Shown: in pieces, positions 1-10,000 of the stretch
Layout: the number at the start of each line of letters is the position of its first letter
Position numbering within the stretch: position 1 is the first letter of the stretch
Source of the DNA: a virus
Reading direction: 5' to 3' (one strand)
DNA length: 64,000 bases
IMG/VR virus record: IMGVR_UViG_3300031963_009342
Location: 39,273-103,272 of that record
The notes under the pieces: model-generated
Told to the model about the DNA's origin: nothing
Database searches by the model: none
The model's input: only the letters and a program-made list of their open reading frames with translations
Position numbers and translations under genes: made by a program

Positions 1-1157
1 TTTTTACTATAATCAGATAGTTTATTTATTTTTAATTTAAACATTTCATATTCAAACTCTCCAATTTGACCACTATCTTCTAACATCAATTGTAACATAT
101 TAAAGAATTCAAAACCTTGATTGGTCAATTTAGTCGCGTCAAATTCAATTAATACGTCATTTGTTTTTTGATCGTCATATCTCTTCAATTTCTTTTTAAG
201 ATCAAATTTAGTATTTTTTTGTTCTGCTTGAATATAACGTTCATAAGGAACATCGGTATAGATTGAGTCACACCACGGTTCCAATAACATCAATTTATAT
301 TCATCACAGTTGCGAACTGTGAATCCTACATCATATCGTTTTGGTACAATAGGCTTCATGGTATCATTATGTTTAACAAAATGACCCCATTTACGAATAA
401 AGTTTCTAGCACTACGGTTGTTTTGAGCTAACCACTCATCGCTTTCTTTACCTACTGTAGTTAGCGTAGGATTATATCTACTACCTCTACAAGTCATGTG
501 ATAAACACATCCTTCCCAAGTTTGTACAAACTTATATCCATTCAACAGAAAACGATTAAAGATGTCACTGTCTTCTTTGCTTTGGGGTGCATATAGGTCA
601 TCATGGCCACCTATAGACTGAAAATCAGTCTTATAAATGGCCCAAGGCGCAAAAATTCCCTCTGTGGTTTTATCTTTTCTTGTTAAACGGGTATCATTGA
701 ACCATTTCAAGAATCCAGCTTCATTAAACTCTTCTGGCTCGGTGCCAAATGCTTGTACAATTTTTTCTGGACCTGGAGGATGTAGAGGTGGTTCGATACG
801 AGTCAAACTAACAATCGTGCCTGGCGCAATATATTTTTCAACATATTTGTCAAAGTTAGGACAAGCATACATATCAGCGTGATATATCATTACTACATCG
901 TTAGTAGCTACTTCATTGATGAGACGATCATATAGGATTGTGTGACCCAATCTGGTTGGTCCATCATTACGAATGAATTTGAAGTGCGGATCTTTTTCTG
1001 CGGTTTCTTTACACCATTCTAGTGTGCCGTCATTACTAAAGTCGTCTGCAACACAGATTTCATGTTCTTTGTGACTTAAATTTTTACGAATAGCTTCGTA
1101 ACTCCATTTAAGATATTTTAGGTTGTTTCTGCTTGGTTGAATAAAACTAATTTTCAT
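1..1157 (-). CDS. GT2-family glycosyltransferase (3' end runs off the window)
   Basis: Not in the ORF track. Manual translation from ATG at 1157 gives MKISFIQPSRNNLKYLKW...ICVADDFSNDGT...IYHADMY...IGGHDDLY..KEDSD, with GT-A motifs; the frame stays open to the window edge. Confidence 0.85.
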   Translation of the reverse strand, partial: MKISFIQPSRNNLKYLKWSYEAIRKNLSHKEHEICVADDFSNDGTLEWCKETAEKDPHFKFIRNDGPTRLGHTILYDRLINEVATNDVVMIYHADMYACPNFDKYVEKYIAPGTIVSLTRIEPPLHPPGPEKIVQAFGTEPEEFNEAGFLKWFNDTRLTRKDKTTEGIFAPWAIYKTDFQSIGGHDDLYAPQSKEDSDIFNRFLLNGYKFVQTWEGCVYHMTCRGSRYNPTLTTVGKESDEWLAQNNRSARNFIRKWGHFVKHNDTMKPIVPKRYDVGFTVRNCDEYKLMLLEPWCDSIYTDVPYERYIQAEQKNTKFDLKKKLKRYDDQKTNDVLIEFDATKLTNQGFEFFNMLQLMLEDSGQIGEFEYEMFKLKINKLSDYSK

Positions 1158-1159
1158 AT

Positions 1160-2104
1160 TTAAAACTGTATTTTAATTTGTTCCATCAATTTACTATAAT
1201 CATGTATACCTGTTTTTACAACACTATTGTCAATTACAGGAATAACATTAGCATTTGATAGCTTACGGAAATAACTATTAGGCCCAAAGTAATTAGGGCG
1301 TAATTCTTTTCCTTTATGAATATAACTAATAACGGTGCCTCCGAAAAGTGACGATAATATTGAATTTCCACCACAAACTGTAACAAATTTATCACAATTA
1401 GCCATTATTTTTAATTGCGTTTCATTATAACTGTACTTTGATTCTTTGACTAAATCATCGATCAGTATTACGTTATCAAAATATCTACATAAATCGAAGT
1501 CAGTTATAGTTCCAATATCTTCCACATTTGCTGTAATATCATGGTACCCTTGTTTTAATGAATTATATTCGTTTTGGTCTATTGTGAATTCTTTTTCTTT
1601 ATTGGTAGCTCTTTTATAGATTACAATATATCCCTTTTCTTTGAAATAATCAAACATTTTATAGAGACATGGTATATTAAAATAACCTAAAGGAATCTCA
1701 CCGTGTTCCATATTATATTTGTTTGTTATAAACACTATTGGTTTATCAAATTTATATTCTTCATTTTTATAGTAATCTTTAAATGGAGGACAAATCCATT
1801 GACTATAATCTAGAACTCCATTTACCTGATATTGTTCTTGTTCTGTTAGATGATGATACTCTTTGCCCATAACCGCTAGCGAATTGTGGTGTATCCATTT
1901 ATTTGGAACTCCTACTAAAGCGGCATCATTATCAATTGTTCTAGATAAAAATTCTTCTTTAACATTATCGCAGAAGAAATAATATGGACGCATTCCTTTA
2001 CTAGTAACAACACCTTCTAATTGTTTATTTTGATGTAACCAATAAGCAAATGGTACTGCTAGTGCTAGTTCAATGCCAAATTCAGGATTTACTTTTAGTA
2101 TCAT
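1160..2104 (-). CDS. putative glycosyltransferase (GT-B/GT9-like C-terminus)
   Basis: 314-aa ORF in glycan operon; ANCDKFVTVCGGNSILSSLFG resembles the GT9 C-terminal motif. Confidence 0.45.
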   Translation of the reverse strand: MILKVNPEFGIELALAVPFAYWLHQNKQLEGVVTSKGMRPYYFFCDNVKEEFLSRTIDNDAALVGVPNKWIHHNSLAVMGKEYHHLTEQEQYQVNGVLDYSQWICPPFKDYYKNEEYKFDKPIVFITNKYNMEHGEIPLGYFNIPCLYKMFDYFKEKGYIVIYKRATNKEKEFTIDQNEYNSLKQGYHDITANVEDIGTITDFDLCRYFDNVILIDDLVKESKYSYNETQLKIMANCDKFVTVCGGNSILSSLFGGTVISYIHKGKELRPNYFGPNSYFRKLSNANVIPVIDNSVVKTGIHDYSKLMEQIKIQF

Positions 2105-2106
2105 AT

Positions 2107-3183
2107 TTACTCACATTTATCATCTAAACAAACGTCTTCTTTTAGTACAGCGGCTGAAGCTAATCTTTTAGAATGTTTTTCAATTACATATTCTGACAGT
2201 GGTTCTTCTGATTTTTCCAAACCCAATGCTTTGCGATAACTAATTGATATTGGTCGTCCGTGATCTTTTTCAGCCATTTTATTCTTAGCTGATACTTGGC
2301 ACATCTTACACATTTCCCACATATCAGACTTTTTATTTATCTGCGCATTTCCTTTTTCATCAACGCCGGACCAATCGGTGAATGAATCGGGTAAAGTTTT
2401 TCTATTGTATCCATTTAATTTAAACAATCTCGCAATAGCTGACCCATTTGAACAAGGCCAATATCCATCAAATGAATAATTTACTCCACATCTATTTGGA
2501 ATATTACACTGTGGTATCATTTCTTGACCGGAGTCATAGGGAGCTACTAAACTACAACGGTGAATCTCACCTTTTTCGTCTAGTGGTGTGAAATTTGTAA
2601 CGGGTATACCTCTGAAAAAATTTACTCTTGATAAAATTTCTTTTAATGAAATCTGATTAGGCATTTCAAATACAATTTTATCTAAATTATTTATGATTTG
2701 ATCTTTGGTTACATTGTTTTGATTTATATATTCATTTATTGATCTGAATATCGGATTGATGTGGTCAATATATGCCAATTTTATTTTGTTAATTTTTTCA
2801 AATGGAAAATATTTAATAACACGATCTGGTGTATCTAAAGTACCAGCTTTTAACATCTTTGGATGTAAATTTGAAATAATTACGATGTTTGGTACTGGAT
2901 CTCCCCATAGATTATCACGTAATCTATCTACTATATCTGCTATATTTGGGTGAGTCAAAGGTTCTCCACCAATAATGTGTATACGTTCAATTTTACCTTG
3001 TTTCTTACAGTCACTTATTAATTTATCAACGTGATCCATTGTCACATTTGTATTTTCATAGTAATTCAATCCAGCCGCATTATCTTTATCAAATGGATCG
3101 ATTAATGCATTAAAATTGCTATGTCTGTTGCAGCTTGGACAACTAAAATTACATTGTAATGTAACATCAAATTCTATATTCAT
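2107..3183 (-). CDS. radical SAM protein
   Basis: CxxxCxxC (CNFSCPSC), GGEP motif, extra C-terminal Cys residues (SPASM/twitch-like). Confidence 0.85.
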   Translation of the reverse strand: MNIEFDVTLQCNFSCPSCNRHSNFNALIDPFDKDNAAGLNYYENTNVTMDHVDKLISDCKKQGKIERIHIIGGEPLTHPNIADIVDRLRDNLWGDPVPNIVIISNLHPKMLKAGTLDTPDRVIKYFPFEKINKIKLAYIDHINPIFRSINEYINQNNVTKDQIINNLDKIVFEMPNQISLKEILSRVNFFRGIPVTNFTPLDEKGEIHRCSLVAPYDSGQEMIPQCNIPNRCGVNYSFDGYWPCSNGSAIARLFKLNGYNRKTLPDSFTDWSGVDEKGNAQINKKSDMWEMCKMCQVSAKNKMAEKDHGRPISISYRKALGLEKSEEPLSEYVIEKHSKRLASAAVLKEDVCLDDKCE

Positions 3184-3839
3184 ACAGTTTTATTTATCAT
3201 CTTCAGTACTTTAAAAGCCTCCGCATATTTGCATTGAGCTTGTATTCCTCTAAATTTAGCTAGAACTTCTAAATTAGATTTTACATTAAGTCCAACTTTT
3301 TCATATTTTGAAATTTGACTTTTGTGACACATAGATGCTTCAATTTTTTTATCAAATGAATTGTCTATATTTTCATAATAATTAATATCCATTTGATTTT
3401 CTGTCATTCTCGATATCGGTATTTGTTCATAACAAAATACATTTGGAACATAACGAGCCGCAGCCATCGTAGTTTTAAAAGTTGAAATGTGATCTTGATT
3501 CGCGTCACCGGCCCAGTGAGTATAGATCGTATCAACTTTGTGTTTTTTGATCAGACTTTCAAGTTTACTTACAGAGTCAAAACTAAATGGTACGTGTAAA
3601 TCTTTAAATGGTAAAAATTCTACTTGATCGCACATTAATACATTTGACGCATTAATAGTTTCTAGTTTGTTTTCATCTGCGCTTCTTAATAAAGTTCCAT
3701 TTGTACCATCTACTGATTCGGTATTAGTCATACATACATAAACCACAAAATCTCCTTTTAATTTGTGATTATAAAGTGTTCCACCGCAACCGAATTCGAT
3801 GTCATCCGGATGTGCTCCTATTGCCATTACACGTTTCAT
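3180..3839 (-). CDS. PIG-L/LmbE family N-acetyl-sugar deacetylase
   Basis: AHPDDIEFGCGG, DxNQDH, HKSQ and AEAF motifs. Confidence 0.9.
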   Translation of the reverse strand: MKRVMAIGAHPDDIEFGCGGTLYNHKLKGDFVVYVCMTNTESVDGTNGTLLRSADENKLETINASNVLMCDQVEFLPFKDLHVPFSFDSVSKLESLIKKHKVDTIYTHWAGDANQDHISTFKTTMAAARYVPNVFCYEQIPISRMTENQMDINYYENIDNSFDKKIEASMCHKSQISKYEKVGLNVKSNLEVLAKFRGIQAQCKYAEAFKVLKMINKTV

Positions 3840-3840
3840 A

Positions 3841-4530
3841 TTAATTTAAAATTATATTTTTGCTATTTTCTCCTTCATTAAACAATAGATCTATTATACA
3901 CATATATGGTTTGAAGTCACCATATAATTGTGTATATGTTGGATGATTATAATGTTGCCAGATCAATTCTATATTATTGTCTTTAAATTCTTGTTCATTA
4001 ATATACCTCATAGATCCTGGTCCTGTACCTGAAATGTATTTGGTAGCATTCAATTTTTTTAATAGATACATTATACGATCTCCGCCAACAACATCAATAG
4101 GACATAATTCAGAACAAAACACCACTTCTGTTTTAATATCCATAACATTTAAAAAGTATTTAATCAAAGTGTTGTTTAGATCCGATAATGTTTTGTGATT
4201 GGTTTTTAAAATAGATTCTATATCTGAATAATATTTGTTTATATATTTAGATTTTCTATAAAAGTTTTTTATTAGATTTAAATGATTTTCATTCCAACCA
4301 TTATAATTAACTTCTATTTCATTGAAATTTTTAAATTCACTTTTTCCATTTAATGGCACAGTTAACCATTTAGGATCTCCTTCAGTTTTGATCAAATTTC
4401 TGTGACCAAAATGTTGTTTTCCTCTTGGAAATTGAACATTGTCAAAAATAACAAAAATATCACTTTTTGCGATTTTATCAAAAAATCCAAGCCAAGGTAG
4501 ATAATTGGGTTGATGTATACTTACTATCAT
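3841..4530 (-). CDS. wbqC: WbqC family protein (putative glycyl/acyl transferase)
   Basis: N-terminal HQPNYLPWLGFFDK and C-terminal YTQLYGDF...IIDLLFNEG signature. Confidence 0.88.
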   Translation of the reverse strand: MIVSIHQPNYLPWLGFFDKIAKSDIFVIFDNVQFPRGKQHFGHRNLIKTEGDPKWLTVPLNGKSEFKNFNEIEVNYNGWNENHLNLIKNFYRKSKYINKYYSDIESILKTNHKTLSDLNNTLIKYFLNVMDIKTEVVFCSELCPIDVVGGDRIMYLLKKLNATKYISGTGPGSMRYINEQEFKDNNIELIWQHYNHPTYTQLYGDFKPYMCIIDLLFNEGENSKNIILN

Positions 4531-5669
4531 ACGATTTTATTAATTACATCCGCGACATAATCTACTTGTTCCATCGTCATTTCAACATACATAGGAATAG
4601 ATAAGTGTCTAGTTAATAATCCATCGGCGGATTTATATGTTTGATTTTTTGTATATGGTTCAAATACTTTTTGTTGATGACAAGCGGGCCAATAAGCATT
4701 TGCGGTGGGTATATTATATTCTAAATACAATTTTTTACAAAGTTCCGATCTTTCATTTAAAGTAGTAGATTTTGGTAATTCTATAATGTAATGCCACCAT
4801 GTATTTACTATGTTACTTGGTACTTCAACGAATTTTATTTTAGGGTTAACGATTTTTTCTCTATATCTTTTTGCTATTATATTTCTCTTTTCGACAAATT
4901 GATTGGCTCTTTTTAATTGACTGATGCCTAAAGCTGCAACCATTTCGGTCATTTTATAATTTGACGAGATAAATTCACAACTTACTCCAAAATCTACACC
5001 ATTTACTGGAGTTGGATTTCTAACAGCCCCGTGATTTCTAAGTGTTTTGCAAGTTTCTGCGAATTTTTCATCATTGGTGGTGATTATTCCACCTTCACCT
5101 GTTGTTATAATCTTAGTAGCAAATAATGAGAAACAACCGGCATATCCTAAATTTCCTGAATGAATATTATCAATAGTAGAACCAACGGCGTGAGAAGCAT
5201 CTTCAAACAATAAAAGGCCGCGTTCGTCACACAATTTCTTGATGTTATAATAATCAGGTGTGATTAGTCCGGCCATATGAACCAACATTACACCAGCGAC
5301 ATCCGAATCTATAGCTTTTTCTATTATTTCCGCATTCAAACAATGTGTATTTTCATCAATATCGACGATTAATGGAATATTGTTGGATCTTACTATAGCA
5401 CTTACACTAGCTATAAAAGTTTGAGTGGGTACTATGATTTTTTTTCCAACTAAACCAGATGCTCTTAACGCAACTTCTAAACAAGTCCCGCCGGAACAAG
5501 TAGCTATAGCGTATTTAGTACCACAATACTTTGCAAATAAATTTTCAAACTCGGATACATACTTTGATTGTACCAGTGCTTCTGTATTCAGAATGTCTGA
5601 TATTCTTTCTAATATTTCCTTATGATCTTCTTTTGGAATATAAGGTTTTGTTCTTGATAATTTATTCAT
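4527..5669 (-). CDS. DegT/DnrJ/EryC1/StrS PLP-dependent sugar aminotransferase
   Basis: EDASHAVG and FSLFATKIITTGEGG (PLP lysine) motifs. Confidence 0.93.
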   Translation of the reverse strand: MNKLSRTKPYIPKEDHKEILERISDILNTEALVQSKYVSEFENLFAKYCGTKYAIATCSGGTCLEVALRASGLVGKKIIVPTQTFIASVSAIVRSNNIPLIVDIDENTHCLNAEIIEKAIDSDVAGVMLVHMAGLITPDYYNIKKLCDERGLLLFEDASHAVGSTIDNIHSGNLGYAGCFSLFATKIITTGEGGIITTNDEKFAETCKTLRNHGAVRNPTPVNGVDFGVSCEFISSNYKMTEMVAALGISQLKRANQFVEKRNIIAKRYREKIVNPKIKFVEVPSNIVNTWWHYIIELPKSTTLNERSELCKKLYLEYNIPTANAYWPACHQQKVFEPYTKNQTYKSADGLLTRHLSIPMYVEMTMEQVDYVADVINKIV

Positions 5670-6481
5670 AACGTATTTTTAATATAGTCAAAAAATTCTG
5701 GTAGATTTTCTTTTGTACTTGTAAATTTTCTACCTAACTTTAACGGTGATAATAACAAATGTTCATCTATAAATGGAGACATAGTTCCGTTTTCAACGAT
5801 ATTTGCTTTTTTATTTAAAAACTGGCTTATTTCTTCAATAAGTGTTTTTGAACTATAAACATCTTGATTAACAACGTTGTAACTATCTTTTGTATTAAAT
5901 TTATTTGTGGTAGACATTTCTACTAGTAAATCAACTATATCATTGACCCAAATAAAACTCAATAGTTTATTACCAGCTCCAGAAACTTCTACTGGTTTGT
6001 TATTTACTATATTTCTTATATAATAACTCATTCTGGGTCTGGGACAATCTTGACCGACAATGTATGGTGGTCTTATTACCACGTAGTTTGTATCAATACT
6101 TTTGATTATGTTTTCACATTCTGCTTTTTCTACACCATAGTCCCCAAATGCCTTTAATCCTCCAATTGTCATATCTTCATTGTATGATAAACAATTAGAA
6201 TCCTTATAAGCAGCTGCACTACTTATAAAGATATATTTTTGATCGGGTTTTAACCAACTTTTAAGATGTAAAGCTTGAGATGGTTTGAATAAACAAAAAT
6301 CTAAAGTTACATTATAATCATTTTCAATTGTCAGTGGATTGTTTCGGTCAAACTTAATTATTTTTACTTTATCTGGACCAGTGCCAGATCTATTGAGAAC
6401 GGATACACTGGCTAATTTAGTTAACTCATATGCTACTTTTTTTCCAACGAATCTGTTACCACCTATAACCAATATTTTCAT
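5666..6481 (-). CDS. NAD-dependent epimerase/dehydratase (SDR)
   Basis: GGNRFVG, SSAAAY, YGVEK (YxxxK). Confidence 0.85.
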   Translation of the reverse strand: MKILVIGGNRFVGKKVAYELTKLASVSVLNRSGTGPDKVKIIKFDRNNPLTIENDYNVTLDFCLFKPSQALHLKSWLKPDQKYIFISSAAAYKDSNCLSYNEDMTIGGLKAFGDYGVEKAECENIIKSIDTNYVVIRPPYIVGQDCPRPRMSYYIRNIVNNKPVEVSGAGNKLLSFIWVNDIVDLLVEMSTTNKFNTKDSYNVVNQDVYSSKTLIEEISQFLNKKANIVENGTMSPFIDEHLLLSPLKLGRKFTSTKENLPEFFDYIKNTL

Positions 6482-7344
6482 TAGATTAATTCTTTGATTT
6501 CTTCGATTGTATATTGATCTACCTCATTGCTATAAGGACCATTTTCCAGAATCTTTTCGTGTTTATTTTCTCCTGGTTGCAGTCCAATTATTTTGATATT
6601 TGGTCTTGTGTCATTCGGAGAATACTTTTGAATAAGCGCTTCTAGTAGATTTCCAATACTCATGCCTTTCATAGTAGGAACGTATGGAGTGCTATCATTA
6701 CAATTTTCAAGACAATTATAGATCAAATCAATAGCTTGATCCACCGTCCAGAAGAAACGTGTAGCTTCTGGTTCTGTAACAATTAGATCCTTTCCGTCTT
6801 TAATTAGGTCTCGCCATTTACACAACACCGATCCAGTGGAATACAAAACGTTTCCATATCTAACAATTCGATAATCCGTAGTTGGATTTAATTGTTCAAA
6901 TTGTTTAAACAATCGTTCCATTAACAATTTAGACGCGCCATATACTCCGGACACTTGAGCTGCCTTATCTGTACTAATTCCTATAACAAATTCTAGTTTA
7001 TGATTCAACGATTCTTCTAAAATATAAAGAGAGCCAAGTGTGTTTGATTTTATACATTCACGTACTTGTTTCTCTGCAATTCCAATATGTTTTGATGCGG
7101 CTAGATGAAATACACCATTAACACCGTTCATTGCTTGTTTTACTTCAAATGGATCTGAAATATCACCTGTCAAAATTTCTATTGATGGGAATGACTGTTT
7201 GAGATCAATTAATTTTCCTTCGTCTCTAGATAAAACACGCACTTTTGCTCCATCTTTTAGAAGTCTTTGTACGAGTGGTTTTCCTAAAAATCCACTGCCA
7301 CCTGTGATTAAAAACAACTTATTTTTAAAAATATATTTTTTCAT
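6481..7344 (-). CDS. UDP-GlcNAc 4,6-dehydratase-like (PseB/CapD, Polysacc_synt_2)
   Basis: TGGSGFLG, SRDEGK, STDKA, YGASK, RYGNVLYSTGSV, TRFF, GENKHE. Confidence 0.9.
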   Translation of the reverse strand: MKKYIFKNKLFLITGGSGFLGKPLVQRLLKDGAKVRVLSRDEGKLIDLKQSFPSIEILTGDISDPFEVKQAMNGVNGVFHLAASKHIGIAEKQVRECIKSNTLGSLYILEESLNHKLEFVIGISTDKAAQVSGVYGASKLLMERLFKQFEQLNPTTDYRIVRYGNVLYSTGSVLCKWRDLIKDGKDLIVTEPEATRFFWTVDQAIDLIYNCLENCNDSTPYVPTMKGMSIGNLLEALIQKYSPNDTRPNIKIIGLQPGENKHEKILENGPYSNEVDQYTIEEIKELI

Positions 7345-7898
7345 AATTTAGCTACTAAAATTTCTCCTTTTGTCGGTAGATTCTCTTCGTTTATATTTTG
7401 ATTCAGACTATATATTCTTTTTTGAGTGAAAATTTTGAAGTCTGGATTTATTTCTTTCAATATATTAGATATATCTTCTTTAGAAAGATTTTTAGCCCAT
7501 CTTTCAAACGAATGATAATCATCTATCAATATAATAATATTTTTATTTCGACAATACTTTTTGATTATTTTCAATTCTTCTAATAAAGGCGCATCTATAT
7601 TTTGATCGGAAGCTCCGTGTGCATCTAACCAAAAAGTTATATCTTGATATATTTTTTCATTTTCGAAAAAACTATTCAAAAAATCAACAGAATTCTGTTT
7701 AAAAATCTTAACCTTGTGATTATTGTATATATTTTTGGCATTTGAGACATACGATTCGTCGATATCACAACTGTATATTTTTTCAAAGCCACAGTCCAAT
7801 GCTACTTTAATTCCGTATCCCAACCATAAACCTGTTTCTACAAATATATTTTTTTTGTATTGATTTAAAACAATTGGGTATAATGTATTGTATATCAT
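7341..7898 (-). CDS. class I SAM-methyltransferase-like protein
   Basis: FVETGLWLG, SCDID, FWLDAH, ILIDD pattern. Confidence 0.6.
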   Translation of the reverse strand: MIYNTLYPIVLNQYKKNIFVETGLWLGYGIKVALDCGFEKIYSCDIDESYVSNAKNIYNNHKVKIFKQNSVDFLNSFFENEKIYQDITFWLDAHGASDQNIDAPLLEELKIIKKYCRNKNIIILIDDYHSFERWAKNLSKEDISNILKEINPDFKIFTQKRIYSLNQNINEENLPTKGEILVAKL

Positions 7899-7939
7899 AT
7901 CTAATTATACATACGATTCAATTCGTCTTAACTTTTTTT

Positions 7940-8494
7940 TTATTTGATAGATTTTATTACTCCGGTTTTTTCGTCATTTTCTAAAATGAAAGCCGGTCTT
8001 TTTACCTTATTAGAAACTTTTTTTATTAACTCCATCTCAGCTTGGCGATTCAGATCGTGAAACATCATATGTACATCCGTATTGAATAAATTTAAGTATG
8101 TGTAAAATCCTCCTCGCCCGTAATTACCATTTGGTCCGTCAATAATAATTAAATCATAATTTGGTATATTTTTTAATACAACTGATAATTTATCTGGATC
8201 ATACCAAGCAACTTGTTTTTCTGAAAACGGAAGACAACTTATACCGTCTGGCGATTTAAAATCTATATCATTATATTCTTTTAATGGTACGTGATAAGCG
8301 TTTGGATGATTTAACCACTGTATATTATGTTCGATTGAGTAAACATTATACCAATTTAATAACAGTTTAGATGTAACTCCACATCCAAATTCTAGAATAG
8401 AAGACTTTTCGGGCAGTAAATATCTTATTAAATCTACCGCTTGTTCTCCTATTGACCCTTTTATTAACGTTGGATATTTCTGACTAATTTGCAT
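7940..8494 (-). CDS. class I SAM-methyltransferase-like protein
   Basis: ILEFGCG, SIEH, YDLIIIDGP, FHD motifs. Confidence 0.65.
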   Translation of the reverse strand: MQISQKYPTLIKGSIGEQAVDLIRYLLPEKSSILEFGCGVTSKLLLNWYNVYSIEHNIQWLNHPNAYHVPLKEYNDIDFKSPDGISCLPFSEKQVAWYDPDKLSVVLKNIPNYDLIIIDGPNGNYGRGGFYTYLNLFNTDVHMMFHDLNRQAEMELIKKVSNKVKRPAFILENDEKTGVIKSIK

Positions 8495-8506
8495 ATTACT
8501 AAATTG

Positions 8507-9256
8507 TTAGTTATATAATTTATTATAAGTTTTTTCCATCCAGTGATATGTCAGTTTATTTTCGATATTATTTGGTATAGCGTTAAATTGATATATTCCT
8601 TCTATTGATGTAAACAAGAGATCGTCTGCTAGTAAATTTTTACTATGTAAATCTGCCATACAATATCTATATGGTAAAATATTTACTGGTATATTAAACA
8701 CGTTGTGAACAAAATGATTGATTAACGGTTGATCTGTTCCTGTTTTATATTTTTCTTGTACAAATCTTATTTTTTCTTGATTTTCTAAATAAAAATTTGT
8801 GAACGATTTTAGTAACTCCCTATGATTCTTATTTAAGACTATAAATCCAGCATTGAAATATTTCCAAAGATCAAATTTTTGGCCAAATATTTCATGTGCA
8901 TAATTTTCCATACTTCTAATAGTCCAATCATAACTACCATCTGTATGTGTTACCGTTAATTCACGGTTGGTTAATTTAAAGAAATCTGGACAATTTGGGT
9001 GAATTACCGCGTCTGCATCGGTTAGAAGAATTTGATCATATTCGATGCCCGAATTTTCTAATAGATCAAAACAAAAATATCTATAGAAATTTGGCTTCAT
9101 CACATCGTTTGGGTACAGTTCTTGGTCCAAAACAACTAGTTTATAATCTCTAGCCTCACACCATCTTTTAAAACTTTCTATGCCAAATTTATAAGGCGCG
9201 GATCTTGATTCTTTTCCAGGCACCTTCACGGCAGTCATAAATACTATATTTTTCAT
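8507..9256 (-). CDS. GT8-like glycosyltransferase
   Basis: DADA (DxD), YFNAGF, TDQPLIN motifs. Confidence 0.8.
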   Translation of the reverse strand: MKNIVFMTAVKVPGKESRSAPYKFGIESFKRWCEARDYKLVVLDQELYPNDVMKPNFYRYFCFDLLENSGIEYDQILLTDADAVIHPNCPDFFKLTNRELTVTHTDGSYDWTIRSMENYAHEIFGQKFDLWKYFNAGFIVLNKNHRELLKSFTNFYLENQEKIRFVQEKYKTGTDQPLINHFVHNVFNIPVNILPYRYCMADLHSKNLLADDLLFTSIEGIYQFNAIPNNIENKLTYHWMEKTYNKLYN

Positions 9257-9999
9257 TTATATCTTTCTTTTATGATATTCCAAGTGTCTTTCATTATACT
9301 TTCACGATGTTCAACTGGAAAGCCAGTAAAATGCCATATGTAAGCATATTTAATAAAATACGGCGTTGGATCATTGTTTAATTGCCAATTATGTTTAAAC
9401 ATATCTTTTCGATGTATTGAAATTAAATTCCAACAAGGATCTAAAATTTTTTGTTTTACACTATTCTCAGTTAGATGATAGTTAATCAACGTTTGATCTT
9501 TACCCCCTCCTTTATCCCAATTATCTAATTCATTTTTATTTTCGAAATAAAATTTTTGTAATTTATCAAATAAGAATAAATGATCTGACGTAAAAAACAT
9601 AACGCCGGAATTTATATAATTATCTATATTTAATTTTACATTTGGGAAAAATTTGTTGTATACTAAGATACTGTTGAGTATCCATCTATAATCCGATGTA
9701 TCGACAACCCCGCAAAATTCATTCTCGTACATTTCAAATATGTTAGGTGCATCCCAACGAATCATAGTGTCAGTATCCACTATTCCTATTTTTTTATATT
9801 TTTTGCCAATTTCGACAATGTTTGTTTTGTTCCACATTGCCTTTCCAAATTTCGGATCGCCAACTTTTTCAACAATTAAATCGACATTATTTTTTGAACA
9901 CCAATATTTCCAAGTATTAATACAATAGTCCGCATAACTACTACATTTCGTCTTGGATTGATTGTGATCTATCGAAACTATATAAATTAGATTGTCCAT
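9253..9999 (-). CDS. GT8-like glycosyltransferase (paralog of neighbour)
   Basis: DTDT, YINSGV, DQTLIN, WHFTG motifs. Confidence 0.82.
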   Translation of the reverse strand: MDNLIYIVSIDHNQSKTKCSSYADYCINTWKYWCSKNNVDLIVEKVGDPKFGKAMWNKTNIVEIGKKYKKIGIVDTDTMIRWDAPNIFEMYENEFCGVVDTSDYRWILNSILVYNKFFPNVKLNIDNYINSGVMFFTSDHLFLFDKLQKFYFENKNELDNWDKGGGKDQTLINYHLTENSVKQKILDPCWNLISIHRKDMFKHNWQLNNDPTPYFIKYAYIWHFTGFPVEHRESIMKDTWNIIKERYK

Positions 10000-10000
10000 T

